Source of the DNA: Lytechinus pictus
Lineage: Eukaryota
Reading direction: 5' to 3'
Assembly (NCBI RefSeq): GCF_037042905.1
Contig: NC_087250.1
Coordinates: 18,168,001-18,232,000, forward strand
Length of the DNA: 64,000 nucleotides
Shown: piece after piece, positions 53,101 through 63,967 of the stretch
Numbering within the stretch: position 1 is the first letter of the stretch
Layout of the letters: the number at the start of each line of letters is the position of its first letter
Program-made: the position numbers and the translations under genes
Notes under the pieces: generated by a model
What the model was told of the DNA's origin: nothing
What the model saw: only the letters and a program-made list of their open reading frames with translations
Database searches by the model: none

Positions 53101-56100
53101 CACACGCGGATAAATATGTCATAATAACACGTCTGCTACGTTATCGACTGGTGAGAAGATCTCGATCAAATTTCATATTATTCACCTTGAAATTATTCCT
53201 TTAGGGTCTATGGTATCATTCTGAGGGAATTGACATATTTGGAATAATAGTACGGCCACAAATATTTTAATCATTTCCTCTTTGCAAGTTCTATGGCTCG
53301 CAGATACAACTTCAACTGCAGTTATTCCATATGAAGGAGTACGTGCATAGTACACAAAACGGCACTGCCTTGTTTACTACACCGGGACCGAATACCCCCC
53401 GGTGACGTCACACTCAAAGAACACCCGTCTCGGTAGGCATTGCAGGAGCGAACTCAGGGAAAATGGGTAGGGATAAATCGTTCAAATTCACTATTTTGAA
53501 AAAGAAAATGGGGGGTCGAATCACCTATTAGTGTTTGGGGGGTTGTAAGGTTGCTATTAATGTAAATATCTCAATATTTGGAATCGTCTTCTTAATTCAA
53601 CTTTAAAGGAGAATGAAACTCTTGGAGCAAGTTAGCTTTTGTGAAAGCAGAAAAATCAAAGAATAAGATCAACAAAAGTTTGAGTAAAATAGGACTAGCA
53701 ATAGAAGAGTTATGAGCATTTGAATGTCGAGATCACTAATGCTATGGAGATCCTCCCATTGGCAATGCGACCAAGATCTATGATGTCACAGATGAACAAC
53801 TCTCCCCTTTTGGACACTGAAAATATACCCCAAAATATCTCGTTTTGCTCATTCTAACCATATGACAAACGATTCATCAATTATATAATGTTGTGAAACC
53901 TCTGAACTTGTCCTCTCATAAAGAGAACACCTCACCTTGTGATAGACTCTATAAAAGTGAGAATATAAGTGAAATAAGTACTAAAATAATGAGGGAGTTG
54001 TACGTGTGTGACATCACAGATCTTGGTCACATTGCCAATGGGAGGATCTACATGGCATTAGTGATCTCAATATTCAAATGCTCATAACTTTCTTATTATT
54101 CATTCAATCTTCCTCAAACTTTCAACAATATGTTTCTTTGATTTATCTCTTTGATATGGATTCAGCTGGTTTCAAGGGTTTCATTCTCCTTTAAATAAAC
54201 GTGTTTTCACCGGTTTCCCGCTGAAGCTATCGCACGGTAACAAAAGACTTAATGCATGGCTGAGCGTCAACAAAACGGAGTGTCGAGTGAGTTTGAACGC
54301 TTGCCTGTAAAACCTCTTCATTTTATGAAATTATTGAAATTCAAGCCTTATTTCAAATAACCAGAACTTTGTTATTTCTTGACCATTTTCTGTAATTGAG
54401 GTATCAAATTAAAGAACAGATATTGAACTTTTTAAAAATGTGGTTTTCTTTTTAAAACCCAGATACGGCCCGCCAAGTGACTTTTTGGTATCCCCTTTTC
54501 AAATTATTTTTGTTCACTCATGCGTGAATGAGAAATAATCTAAGCAATTTCAGATGAAAGAGGATATTCTAAGCTTTAAAATGGTAGGTCATTTGTCTAT
54601 TGTATTTGCGATTAAGTTATGATAAATCATCGATAAATCTCGGTTTCGTTTTTTGTGGGACGCACTGTATAAAGGTTTCATTCCACACTGAGCATGTGGT
54701 ATTACCATTGCTTTAACGATTTTATGGTTCAGTCAAGATGGTCCTCTTTATTAAATCTGTACGATTGAAATATCACACATTTCAAACAATAAAAATATAA
54801 AAGGAAGCGTTAGGGACATCATCGACTCTTTTAGTTACATGTCACTGATTTGTGCGTGTAACCTTTTTATGAAAAATAAGCGAAACATCAAAACATCATA
54901 TAATTTTACATTCGATTGTGATGAAATTTCCAATGTTGTGCTTGTTTGATTTTCCTCTATTGACGTTTTCTTTCTGGGGTGGACTTGATCTTTGAATTGA
55001 AAATACATGTACATCAGAACCCGTTTGTACCGGAAATTTAGTTTTAAGAAAGTATTTGTTCACCTTGCCAATATCATCTGTCTGATCATTTCATCTTTTG
55101 CATAGTGGATTGGTAGGCAACCTGCTTCATCCTTAATATCAATCCTGGCTCCATGTTCTAAGAGATAGAACACCAATGCCTTCTCAGGAGATAACCTGCC
55201 ACTGTAGTATTCTTCGGATACCTGCAACGGATAACCAGCTAAGTTTATGGATAATTATACATACAACCTTCAAATTCCACGTGGTCGTTTTATTATTTAA
55301 AGTAGAACTATATTGAAAATCGTAAAAATGGAGAATCATATATCAAATTAAAGGAGAAAATAAGGAGAACACGATGGTGTAAATCATTTATCATGGAGAC
55401 CGATGGAACTCAGTTAATTGATAGTTTAAAGTTCTCTCTCTGAATGCTTCAAACACGCAGAATTACGTCCGCGAAATTGGGGATTTTTTATGACGTCACT
55501 TTCTGTACGAGAGGCGTGATTGGCTCTCCAACGTGAAGCTCCACTTGCATGCAAAACCTGTTGCGAGGGTACGTTTTCTCCACATTGTCACTGAATACTT
55601 CGATCCCGAAATGAAAGAAAACCCAGAATTTTATCTAGATTTGGATTTTCAAATTGATGATTATGAAGATGAAGAGAATGATGATGAAGTTTCTAGCTCT
55701 AGAAAAACAAAGTGACGTGGATAGAGGTATACATTAGGGGAATTACGCCGGTGATTATGAGTCGGACAATTCAACTTGCATGCCGATTCGCTACCAACAC
55801 ATGCAGCTGATAGCTGCTCGATCCGCGGGTCAAATCCATGAAAATGAATTCCATCACGACCATATCCAGACAGAGTCTCTTTCTTCTATCAAACAACATA
55901 ATGAGAATGAAAATAATGATATAACTGTACTTACAAACAAGTGAATATATCCGAACCTAGGCTGAAGGTAAATCAACTCAAGAAATAACAGCAGACGATA
56001 TGCACCGACGATGAATTTCACGTGGCTGGGAGATTGTCACTCGTTCTGTTAGATAAAATTTCTATCTCATTATTTTGACTAAATTACGAAACTCGGAGAA

Positions 56101-59100
56101 TTAGTATTCTACATAAAAATTAAGTAACACCTGGTACTATTTTTTGAATTACGATAAAACCTTTTTGAAGCAAAGAAAATGAGGTAAATTAAAATTAGAT
56201 ATAAAAGATCATCCGCCTAGCTCGCATTCGATTGTAAACAATCAGCAAGGCGAGCACATAGAGTTGGATAAAGCTACGCTCCAACTCTATGGGCGAGCAA
56301 GCCACTGAACTGAAAATACGTATTTTCAGTTCAGTGGAGCAAGCTGGCCATGTGCTTTTGATTGTTTGTTTACAATCGCATGCGGCTAAGTGGATGATCC
56401 TTTATATCTTATTTTAATTTACCTCAATTTCTTTGCTTCAAAAATATTTTATCGTAATTCAAAAAATAGTACCAGGTGTTACTTAATTTTTATGTAGAAT
56501 ACTAATTCTCCGAGTTTCGTAATTTAGTCAAAATAATGAGATAGAAATTTTATCTAACAGAACGAGTGACAATCTATTCCAGCCACGTGAAATTCATCGT
56601 CGGTGCATATCGTCTGCTGCTATTCCTTGAGTTGATTTACCTTCAGCCTAGGTTCGGATATATTCACTTATTTGTAAGTACAGTTATTTTATTATTTTCC
56701 TTCTCATTATGTTGTTGATAGAGGAAAGAGACTCTGTCTGGATGTGGTCATGCTGCATGGAATTCATTTTCATGGATTTGACCCGCGGTGCAGCTAGCAT
56801 GCAGCTGCATGCGTTGGTAGCGAATCGGCTTGCAAGTTGAATTGTCTTACTCATCATCACCGGCGTAATTCCCTTAATTTACCACCATCCACGTCACTTT
56901 GTTTTTCTAGAGTTAGAAACTTTATCATCATTCTCTTCGTCTTCATAATCATCAATTTGAAAATCCAAATCTAGATAAATTTCTGGGTTTTCTTTCATTT
57001 CATGATCGAAGTATTCAGTGTCAGTGTGGAGAAAACGTACCCTCGCAACAGGTTTTGCATGCAAGTGGAGCTTGACGTGGGAGAGCCAATCACGCCTCTC
57101 GTACAGACAGTGACGTCATCAAATTCGAGTCAATTCAGAGACCGATGCGAGGCATATTTCGGAGAGGCATTTTAGCGCTTTTTAATTGGCGATTTCCACC
57201 TTATGTATTATTTTCATTATTTTTGAATGACCTAATGGTAATCCTCACATCATTACCTTTCCACTGATATATAATAAGGCCATATTCATAATCAATATAT
57301 TTCTCCTTTAAAAAGAAGCATGATAGTATTTAAACCTTATTATTTCTTAAAGTGTTTGGTGTCATGAATGTTTTTGAAAGGCTCAACGACAAATCATGGT
57401 ATGAATGAAATATTAACTTTCTCACAAATTTAATAAAGTTGAAATAGTCTTATATACTTTTTTGTTATATCTTATTTGAATGTAACTTTGCATCGTATTG
57501 TAATTAAGAGTGGATGCAGGGAATGCAATGATGATCGTACTCAGTAGACTTCATGCAATATTCTAAAGTCCTAGCGTACCACTGGAGTAAATGTGGTCTG
57601 AGCATAGGGGAGATCAAAGCAACCTGAAAATAAAAATTTGGGGACACCCCACACCTAAGGCGATGTATACGGGGTACATAACCGTGTACATAACCCTTTT
57701 ATCTTTCAGTTAAAGGCCTCTAAGGATATTTTTTCGATGGCTATAATAATGAATTTGTTGTGTCATAAAGTACTGAATTACAGATGACATCCAAATGCGA
57801 CCGCGCGAGAAATATTGATTTTTTTTTAATGCAGAACTAAGCCAATTCAAGCACTTTGACTGCATTTAAAGATAAATCCAGACATTAACAGTAGTATTAC
57901 CCATTTGATGATATAAGAAAATATCTTGAAAAGTCCGAAAAAGTGGCGGGGGATGTATCCCCCACCCCCCCTGGGATTTGAGCCCATGTAGTGTACACTG
58001 AAAACTGAAGCAAATGCGTCTTTCCAAGACTAACCTTTCTGAGTGTTTCGGTGTATTCAACATTCTGTTTCTTGTGGTAGCATGATCTGATAGCTTTATG
58101 AAGACATGTTTGACCGTCACTAGACTGTACATTGAGATCAAATCCTCTAGCAATCAACTTCTCAATAATGGATGTATATCCGTGTTTCAAAACAAGATGG
58201 AAGACTGTCGAATTCTAGATTGACGGAATATGTAACATAGTAGGACAATCATTATTTTATAAAATGGTATCAAAAGCAGCATCAGTGAAATCTTCATTGT
58301 ATATCAAACTGAAACAATTAACTTTTGAATGGTAATCAAAGTACTCTTTTGTCTGTTCTACTGTTTTCCGATTTTTGCGGAACAAACATGTTCGCATATA
58401 TACATCAATATCTGTACAGATTAAAAAAAGTTCCTTCATTGTCAATTAGATGCAAACTGATCAAACGGCACCTTTTCAGCTATTTATAACTCCGTCAAAG
58501 AACATTAATATAGGATGTATGTATCGCCTACCTTAGCATCCGTGCTGTCAACTAAAAGATCAGCAATATCTCTGTCCCCGAGGGTTATGGATTGATGTAA
58601 GGGTGTCTGGCCGTGAATGTCTTCTGTATCACATTGTGCTCCGCCCGCAAGTAGGACTTTAACAACATCAATGTAACCATTCTGAACGGCAAAATGTAAG
58701 GCAGTTGTCCCTTCCTTGTCGCCCTCATTGACATCACCTCCTTTACTGATCAGATATTTGATAGCTTCAAAATGTCCTAACCTAGCAGCAATGTGTAATT
58801 CAGTCTGACCATCATTATTCCCCTTATTGACCTCAGCTCCTGTACTGATCAGATATTTGATGACGTCAAGATGCCCATTGGAAGCAGCACTGTGTATTGC
58901 AGTCAGACCATCATTATCCTCCTTATTGACCTCAGCTCCCTCACTGATCAGATATTTGATGACGTCAAGATGCCCATTGGAAGCAACACTGTGTAATGCA
59001 GTCCGACCATCATTATCCTCCTTATTGACCTCAGCTCCCTTACTGATCAAATATTTTATGACGTCAATATGACCATTTTGAGCAGCAATTTCTAATGCAG

Positions 59101-59412
59101 CCCGACCAACTTTATCTTCCTTATTGACCTCAGCTCCCTTACTGATCAGAGTTTCAATGACGTCAATTTGAGAATGGAAAGCAGCCCTGTGTAACGCAGT
59201 CCAACCATTATTATCCTCCTTATTGATATCGGCTCCCTCCCTGATCAGATATTCGATGACGTCAGTAAGACCTTTGTTAGCAGCAATATGTAGTGCAGTC
59301 TGACCTTCATTATTATCGTTATTGACTTTAGCTCCCTCACAGATCAGATTTTTGATGACGTCAATATTACCATGTGAAGCAGCCTTGCCTAATGGAGTCC
59401 AATTGGCCATTC
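35499..59412 (-). CDS. Spliced gene: ankyrin repeats-ZU5(HFS)-UPA-death domain protein; 11 exons, 796 aa from ATG 59410 (5' exon(s) not identified)
   Basis: Exons 59412-58532, 58214-58035, 55221-55064, 51351-51317, 50426-50302, 49524-49341, 48088-47859, 47373-47239, 40325-40184, 38032-38017, 35805-35499. All introns are GT-AG, all splice phases match, and the 2393 nt joined sequence has no internal stop. Confidence 0.85.
35975..36086. repeat. (TA)n microsatellite
   Basis: Direct observation. Confidence 0.98.
36090..37320 (-). mobile_element. 5'-truncated Penelope-like retroelement (RT end + GIY-YIG endonuclease + hammerhead)
   Basis: [35 protein letters not shown]...CPL.G.C, VYKA...YYGL. 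Confidence 0.93.
36112..36156 (-). ncRNA. Minimal type I hammerhead ribozyme of the Penelope element
   Basis: Minus strand GUCUGC-CUGAAGA-UCGCCGAAAGCGU-GAAAC-CGAUG-GUA-GUAGAC: conserved core, 6-bp stem I, short stems II and III. Confidence 0.8.
38017..38032 (-). CDS. 16-nt micro-exon (GDITDA)
   Basis: ttttttatgttgcag|GTGACATAACTGACGC|gtaagt; phase 1-2 is what is needed to join the 40184 exon to the death-domain exon. Confidence 0.75.
38133..38204. repeat. (TA)n microsatellite
   Basis: Direct observation. Confidence 0.95.
38682..40010. mobile_element. Mutator-like non-autonomous element, ~1.3 kb
   Basis: GGCTTATTAGAATCACTCGCG ... CGCGAGTGATTATAATAAGCC; ~9-bp TSD taattagaa/ttattagaa (one mismatch). 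Confidence 0.75.
40184..40325 (-). CDS. UPA-like exon ([23 protein letters not shown]...NAKF)
   Basis: 142 nt, phase 0-1; acceptor gaag after a pyrimidine tract, donor gtaagc. Confidence 0.75.
40366..40830. repeat. ~465-bp direct repeat; second copy split as 41731-41741 + 45711-46165
   Basis: Near-identical sequence from gagcctaattacatcag to ttttacgcgcgtgacac. Confidence 0.9.
41742..45707. mobile_element. Academ-like non-autonomous transposon, 3966 bp, TAG..CTA termini, TGA TSD
   Basis: TGA|TAGTCCAGGAAAAATAA ... TTATTTTTCCTGGACTA|TGA; repeated subterminal blocks; central ~65-bp minisatellite at 43470-43975. Confidence 0.85.
46763..46930 (+). mobile_element. Degenerate CORE-type SINE 3' part
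   Basis: tgctgcactcaacccaggt...gggtacc...gcttagccggg...cctaacaagg...(tta)n, as at 12712. Confidence 0.7.
47239..47373 (-). CDS. UPA-like exon ([33 protein letters not shown])
   Basis: 135 nt, phase 0-0, acceptor aaacag and donor gtaaat. Confidence 0.8.
47859..48088 (-). CDS. ZU5/UPA junction exon with HFS motif ([10 protein letters not shown])
   Basis: 230 nt, phase 1-0; CAC TTC TCA at 48011-48003. Confidence 0.85.
48105..49345. repeat. Three tandem ~370-bp units filling one intron
   Basis: Units start at ~48105, ~48615 and ~48983; the first carries an extra ~140 bp. Confidence 0.9.
49341..49524 (-). CDS. ZU5 exon ([29 protein letters not shown])
   Basis: 184 nt, phase 0-1, strong polypyrimidine acceptor; ZU5 signature SP.V...P.G..F..P..L..PHCA. 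Confidence 0.9.
50302..50426 (-). CDS. ZU5 N-terminal exon ([22 protein letters not shown])
   Basis: 125 nt, phase 1-0; ZU5 signature GG.I....G.SL.IP..A. Confidence 0.85.
51317..51351 (-). CDS. 35-nt micro-exon ([11 protein letters not shown]), linker
   Basis: Acceptor ttactgcag and donor gtaaga; phase 2-1 bridges the two neighbouring exons exactly. Confidence 0.8.
52152..53602. mobile_element. Kolobok-type non-autonomous element, 1451 bp, TTAA TSD
   Basis: TTAA|AGTTGAATTAAGAAG ... CTTCTTAATTCAACT|TTAA; subterminal inverted repeat gagtgtgacgtcaccggggg. Confidence 0.88.
53607..54190. mobile_element. Kolobok-type MITE, 584 bp (copy of 10684-11267)
   Basis: Same TIRs, same length, TTAA flanks. 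Confidence 0.9.
55064..55221 (-). CDS. Exon, end of ankyrin region ([52 protein letters not shown])
   Basis: 158 nt, phase 0-2, acceptor ttgcag and donor gtgaac; ankyrin-like LLEHGA.ID.KD..G..PIH. Confidence 0.9.
55352..57307. mobile_element. TTAA-flanked (Kolobok-type) foldback element with ~750-bp inverted arms
   Basis: TTAA|AGGAGAAAATA ... TATTTTCTCCT|TTAA; arms ~55490-56245 and ~56360-57120 are highly similar reverse complements. Confidence 0.9.
58035..58214 (-). CDS. Ankyrin exon ([12 protein letters not shown]...[13 protein letters not shown]...TLRK)
   Basis: 180 nt, phase 0-0, acceptor tctag and donor gttagt; ankyrin motifs present. Confidence 0.9.
58532..59412 (-). CDS. Exon with 9 tandem 33-aa ankyrin repeats
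   Basis: ORF 58505..59410 repeats [26 protein letters not shown] with 99-bp periodicity. Acceptor ctacag|GA and donor AAG|gtaggc. Confidence 0.95.
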
Positions 59413-60023
59413 CTGTAGCTCCGGGAAAAAGAAATGTTTCATCGTTTGATTGTCATAGCTAGCTGTGTGAAACTTTCACTAATTGGTTTTCTGCGTGGTG
59501 CTAAAATTAAACCAGCCTTAAAATGCATAAAATTACAATTTTTGTAAATTATTTGTTTTTGGTTGGATGGATGAATTACTTTTTAGAAAAGAAATACCTC
59601 AGATTATATGAACATCGCAATCATAGGTTATTTTCAAAGGAACTATTAGCACAGTATTACATAACTAGATAAAGGTGCTATGTCAGGTACGATGTCAGAT
59701 GTTACCCCGAGTCATCATGTTTTGGTAGATGGGATGTTTAACGATGTTAGGAGGTAATGTTTACTTCATTTTTCAGAGTAAGAATACAACTCCTATTTTA
59801 GAAACCAAACTTTTTACCCCCCATGTATTCATTCTGTGATTCCATTATGTTTGCCCACAATAATGGATGATTATATTTCTTTTTTTTTTACTTCACTGAT
59901 TGCGCTTCTGATGTACCTCACTTCTATCGCATACATAATAAATAATAGATGATACCTTTACACAGCTTTAGAACTCGAAATGCTTTCCATGTTTTCCCAA
60001 ACTTATTTGGCGCAGCTTTGTAT

Positions 60024-60583
60024 CCGGGGGCACTTCTATTGACGACTGGATACCATGCGCGACCATGGGGTCTCAAAAAGCACCATAAACGCGTATTTTC
60101 CATATTAGTGAAAATGCACCCCTTAACAAGTATTGGCGTGTGAAAACCTACCCTTAACAAGTATTGGAAACAAAACGATACTCTTGGCAAGTATTCCCTG
60201 AATTGACCCCTAAACAAGTACAACGATAGTTTTATTGTTATGTCACTGTCGTCGGTTTGACCATTACCTGATTTGGGTTGAGTACAGCCCCACCTCCCAC
60301 ATCTCGCGCAAAATCATACTCTAAACACGTAGTGTTGAGACTTGGAGCAAAAAGTACATTCTTTAGAAAACATTTTAGTCTTAATTTTTACACCCTCGCA
60401 AATTCGACCCTAAACACGTTGCTTTCCTAGCGAAAATAGATACAATTTTTTCATTATTTTTCTTGACACCCCTATTACGTTACGTAGGTAACGTGCCCTA
60501 TCTTGAAAAATGCATCCTTTTTTACGTGTTTTTTTTTTGGTCGCGCATGGAATCAACTCGTCAATGTAAGTGACCCCCCCGGG
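60024..60583. mobile_element. MITE with CCGGGGG termini and tttgta(t) flanking duplication
   Basis: ccgggggcacttctattgacga..ccatgcgcgacca versus tggtcgcgcatgg..tcgtcaatgtaagtgaccccccggg. Confidence 0.8.
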
Positions 60584-62180
60584 TTTGTATCTCTATCTCC
60601 ATTCCGTTCATGTGATTATGAAAAATTAGGTTACATAAGAACTAAACAAAGAAATTGCAAGAACCTAGCAAAGGCTGCAGGTCTCCATCCATTTCAGCAC
60701 ATGGCAATCGTCTGTCGGAAGTGTAAAAAACAAAAAAAAAAAAAAAAGCCTCTAATTATTGATGCTTTGTAGCTTATAAACATTATACATGTAGAGTGCC
60801 CATGTGTCAATTAGCCCAATCTAGGTCTGTTACAACACAGTAAAAGGAGATGATGGACTATATTTGACATTAAAAAAACATTTTCATCCACATTTTGTCT
60901 CATCGGCAGAAATTTAGTTCGTTCATTCGTTTTAAAGGGGGGGGGGTGATAGTCATAGTCCTATCCTTAGGCTAAATTTTAAGTGTATCTTATTTTTATG
61001 TTTACAACAGGATAGGGTATCTCATAAGACCTTAGCGGTGTGCGAGCGCAAAGTGCGAGGTCAAATTTTTAATATTTCACGTAACCAGTTAGTCCTGAAT
61101 ATTGATTATTGAGCAGTGTTTTGTTGTGATCATCAACAAGATCTTACAGAACAATTAATGGAGGGAAGCGCTATTAGAAATATCTTTCATTTTATTTAGT
61201 TTATTTCATTTTAAACAATATATAAACCAATTAAATTGATAAAATCATAACGAATCAATATCAAACAATATTATTATTGTCATGGATATTTGTCTGTTTA
61301 AGGGGGGGTCACTGTACTGGGTGAAATGAGTCCAACGCCATGTCTTGCTCCTAAAATTTTTAAACTCATTACGCCACCGACCCCCCCCCCCCCCAACTAA
61401 AAAAAAGTCAGTTCCCGTCCCCACCCAACCATGAACAATTATATCAAGATAATCAAATATGGCACTTGAACAATTTATTGACTGTAGATGGCGCTCTTAG
61501 AGAGTCGACATTGATTTTGATGGGTGCGGTGCGAAACGAAATGACAGAGTAATAAGTGTGTTGCAATTTGCTTTAAAAACAGAACCACAGAGCTGAATCC
61601 CACTTTACCCCCTTTTAAAATGACTGAAACAGACAAGCTACTTATCCATAACTGTGTACCTTGATTCTCTAGCTGTCACAGTCTTTCACCACCACACTCA
61701 CCCCGAAACACATGTATGAGAACCCCACCACTTCTACTTCATCACACAGTGTTTCTTCCGTTCAACCATATCGATCCCTCCAACTTTAGGTATCTTTTAC
61801 AAACAGAATCCCTCGCTGAGCTTCGGGTCATTCTCGTAATCTTTATGCATCTCCCATGGATCTATTTGCCACATTTCTCACACCACACTGAGTTTGCTTT
61901 AACCCTCTTTCCACATATGCCGCATGGCCGGGTCTACCTTACAAACACTTCACCCTCCGTCGAACTCACTGTGACATTTGTCTTCCAAAGATTTACCCTC
62001 AGACCCTAACTCTCAATTGCTTTCTTTCATTTCCAAGGCTTCTCCCTTTTAGTCCCTTCATAACGATTGTCTTACTCATAAAAAACCAAGTCATCAGCAT
62101 ACACCTTCCTCATAGAACCTTCTCTAGCTCTCTCTCAAACCACGTCAATCACAATTACAAATATAAACGGCGACAATCTA

Positions 62181-63398
62181 CAGTGCGTGTCAAAAAAAGT
62201 TTACTCTTAGAAATAATGCTAGAAAATCATATATTTGTAATATCCTGAATTTTTTTCCTCATTTAAACATTGGTACAAATCTCTTCAAGCAAACTGATAT
62301 GTCGAAAAATATTTCCGCTTGAGTGAGCAACACTTACTTTTGAAAAGTTCGTGATAAATGATTTGCCCTGAGCTTGGAATATTTATGTCAATTAAAATAG
62401 ACGTTGATCATGAAGAACACATAATAATAATATGCAACATTTATATAGCGCTTAATACAAATGTTTCTAAGCGCTGCATACTATTACCCGTGCTTTAGCA
62501 CGGCTACCCTGATCGGGCACATCGAGCATTCGAGGAATTCCTTCCTATCGGGTACCCATTTACTACACCTGGGTCGAGAGTGGCAAATAAAGATAAACGC
62601 CTTGCCAAAGGACGCTAGTGCTGCGGTGGGTTTGAACCCCAGACCTTGTGGTTCACAGTCCGGAGACTTATCCACTGAGCCACAACACCTCTACATCACA
62701 CAGCGTTTCCTCCGTTCCACCATGGACTTTGCGGCTATGGAGATTGATTTGAAGATACCTTTTATACCTTTTTGGTTTGTTTCCTTTCCCAAAACACTTC
62801 ACAAAGCGCCATTGCGCCCCCCCCCCCCTCCTCTCCCCACACACAGAGGTAGTGGTGATGATTCACATTTTAGGTTGTTTATGCTTGAGAAAAGTGTGAA
62901 GAAACAAATATTTAATGAAATATGACAATGTGTTCCTACTTTAAATGATAAAAACTTAGTGAAATAATGCTGGGATGTCTGAAATAAACATTTGTTTACA
63001 TTCAGTTGTGTTCCCAGATCCAGCTGGCGCCAAAAAGTAAAGGATCGTGTTTACCTAGGGTTAACATGTTAATTTGGGTGACAAAGTTGTTACAAAATAT
63101 TTAAATGTATCTGTTTTATTTCGATTCGCAAAAATGCTAAAGAAATGCATAAGAAATTTACCACACGATCAATTTGTTTTCTCCCTTTTCCTTGACACAG
63201 TGTGAAAATGAGCATTTCTGCGAGCTTTAGAAAATGTACAGTGCTCACTCAAGTGTAACATTCTGTCTAAATTTCTACTTTCATTTGATAGATGAGACCC
63301 AAACCCAAGAATATATGTGAAAAAAATATCCCCATTTATATACATTTTTCATTTCTCAGGACTTTTTAAAAGTGTATTTTTTTTATTTATACGCTCTG
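62181..63398. mobile_element. Tc1/mariner-type MITE with TA TSD, containing a SINE
   Basis: TA|CAGTGCGTGTCAAAAAAAG ... TATACGCTCTG|TA; the flanks rejoin the RTE frame region. Confidence 0.75.
62420..62693 (-). mobile_element. Full-length tRNA-derived CORE-type SINE
   Basis: A box TGGCTCAGTGG, B box GGTTCAAACCC, core gtcctttggcaaggc...cccaggtgtagtaaatgggtacc, (tta)n tail. Confidence 0.85.
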
Positions 63399-63777
63399 TA
63401 AAACATTGACGCACACACACCTTCACCTCAAACTCCTCAGATAACTCAAAACCCACTATGATTCTTTGTTTTCGCTCCTTCACACAAACTCATAACCGAT
63501 AACCGTTACCTCTGGTATACCACTGCTCTTCATTGCCCCGCCCACTCCATCACCATCTTTCGAACTCTATCAAGATTAGTGTTTTAGCCAAAGCCATACT
63601 GTTTCTTCCATTCAGCTCCATATTCATCTTGCAACCTTCTCAAATGAATACTGTATCTAACGTACTTTTCCCTGGCATAACACCAAAGCATATCTCATCC
63701 ACTTCCACCAATATCCGATTTGTTTTGGACCATTTTCACAATTATTAATTGCATGTTCGAATAACTTCACATTCCTA

Positions 63778-63812
63778 TACCACTACACTACTACTACTAC
63801 TACTACTACTAC

Positions 63813-63860
<48 letters not shown>

Positions 63861-63924
63861 TAATAATAATAATAATAATAATTATAATAATAATAATAAT
63901 AATAATTATAATAATAATAATAAT

Positions 63925-63966
<42 letters not shown>
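63778..63966. repeat. (CTA)n/(TAA)n microsatellite
   Basis: Direct observation. Confidence 0.98.

Positions 63967-63967
<1 letters not shown>

Larger units (their letters stand above)
51807..54667. mobile_element. Second copy of the 819-bp Tc1/mariner MITE (inverted), carrying two insertions
   Basis: Same TIRs and TA flanks as 9165-9983. Confidence 0.92.
51582..54991. mobile_element. Old Kolobok-type MITE hosting nested insertions
   Basis: aggacaattccatcacaac ... ggggtggacttgatct; degenerate TTAA flanks (tgaa/ttga). Confidence 0.6.
61690..63740 (-). mobile_element. Degenerate RTE-clade LINE RT fragment, split by a MITE
   Basis: FGFMPGK, SEEFEVKV.VRQ | LSPFIFVIVIDVV, VYADDLVF, Cys-rich PCGICGKRV..NSVWCEKCG. 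Confidence 0.8.

Noticed and set aside
55533..55715. Acidic 60-aa ORF
   Set aside because: Short, inside the foldback arm, no recognisable motif.
61640..61700. Possible upstream exon donor (AAG|gtacac near 61659)
   Set aside because: No supporting coding, promoter or acceptor evidence; cannot be assigned without transcript data.
62620..62693. tRNA-His-like gene
   Set aside because: It is the head of a SINE, followed by the CORE segment and (tta)n tail; no clean acceptor stem.
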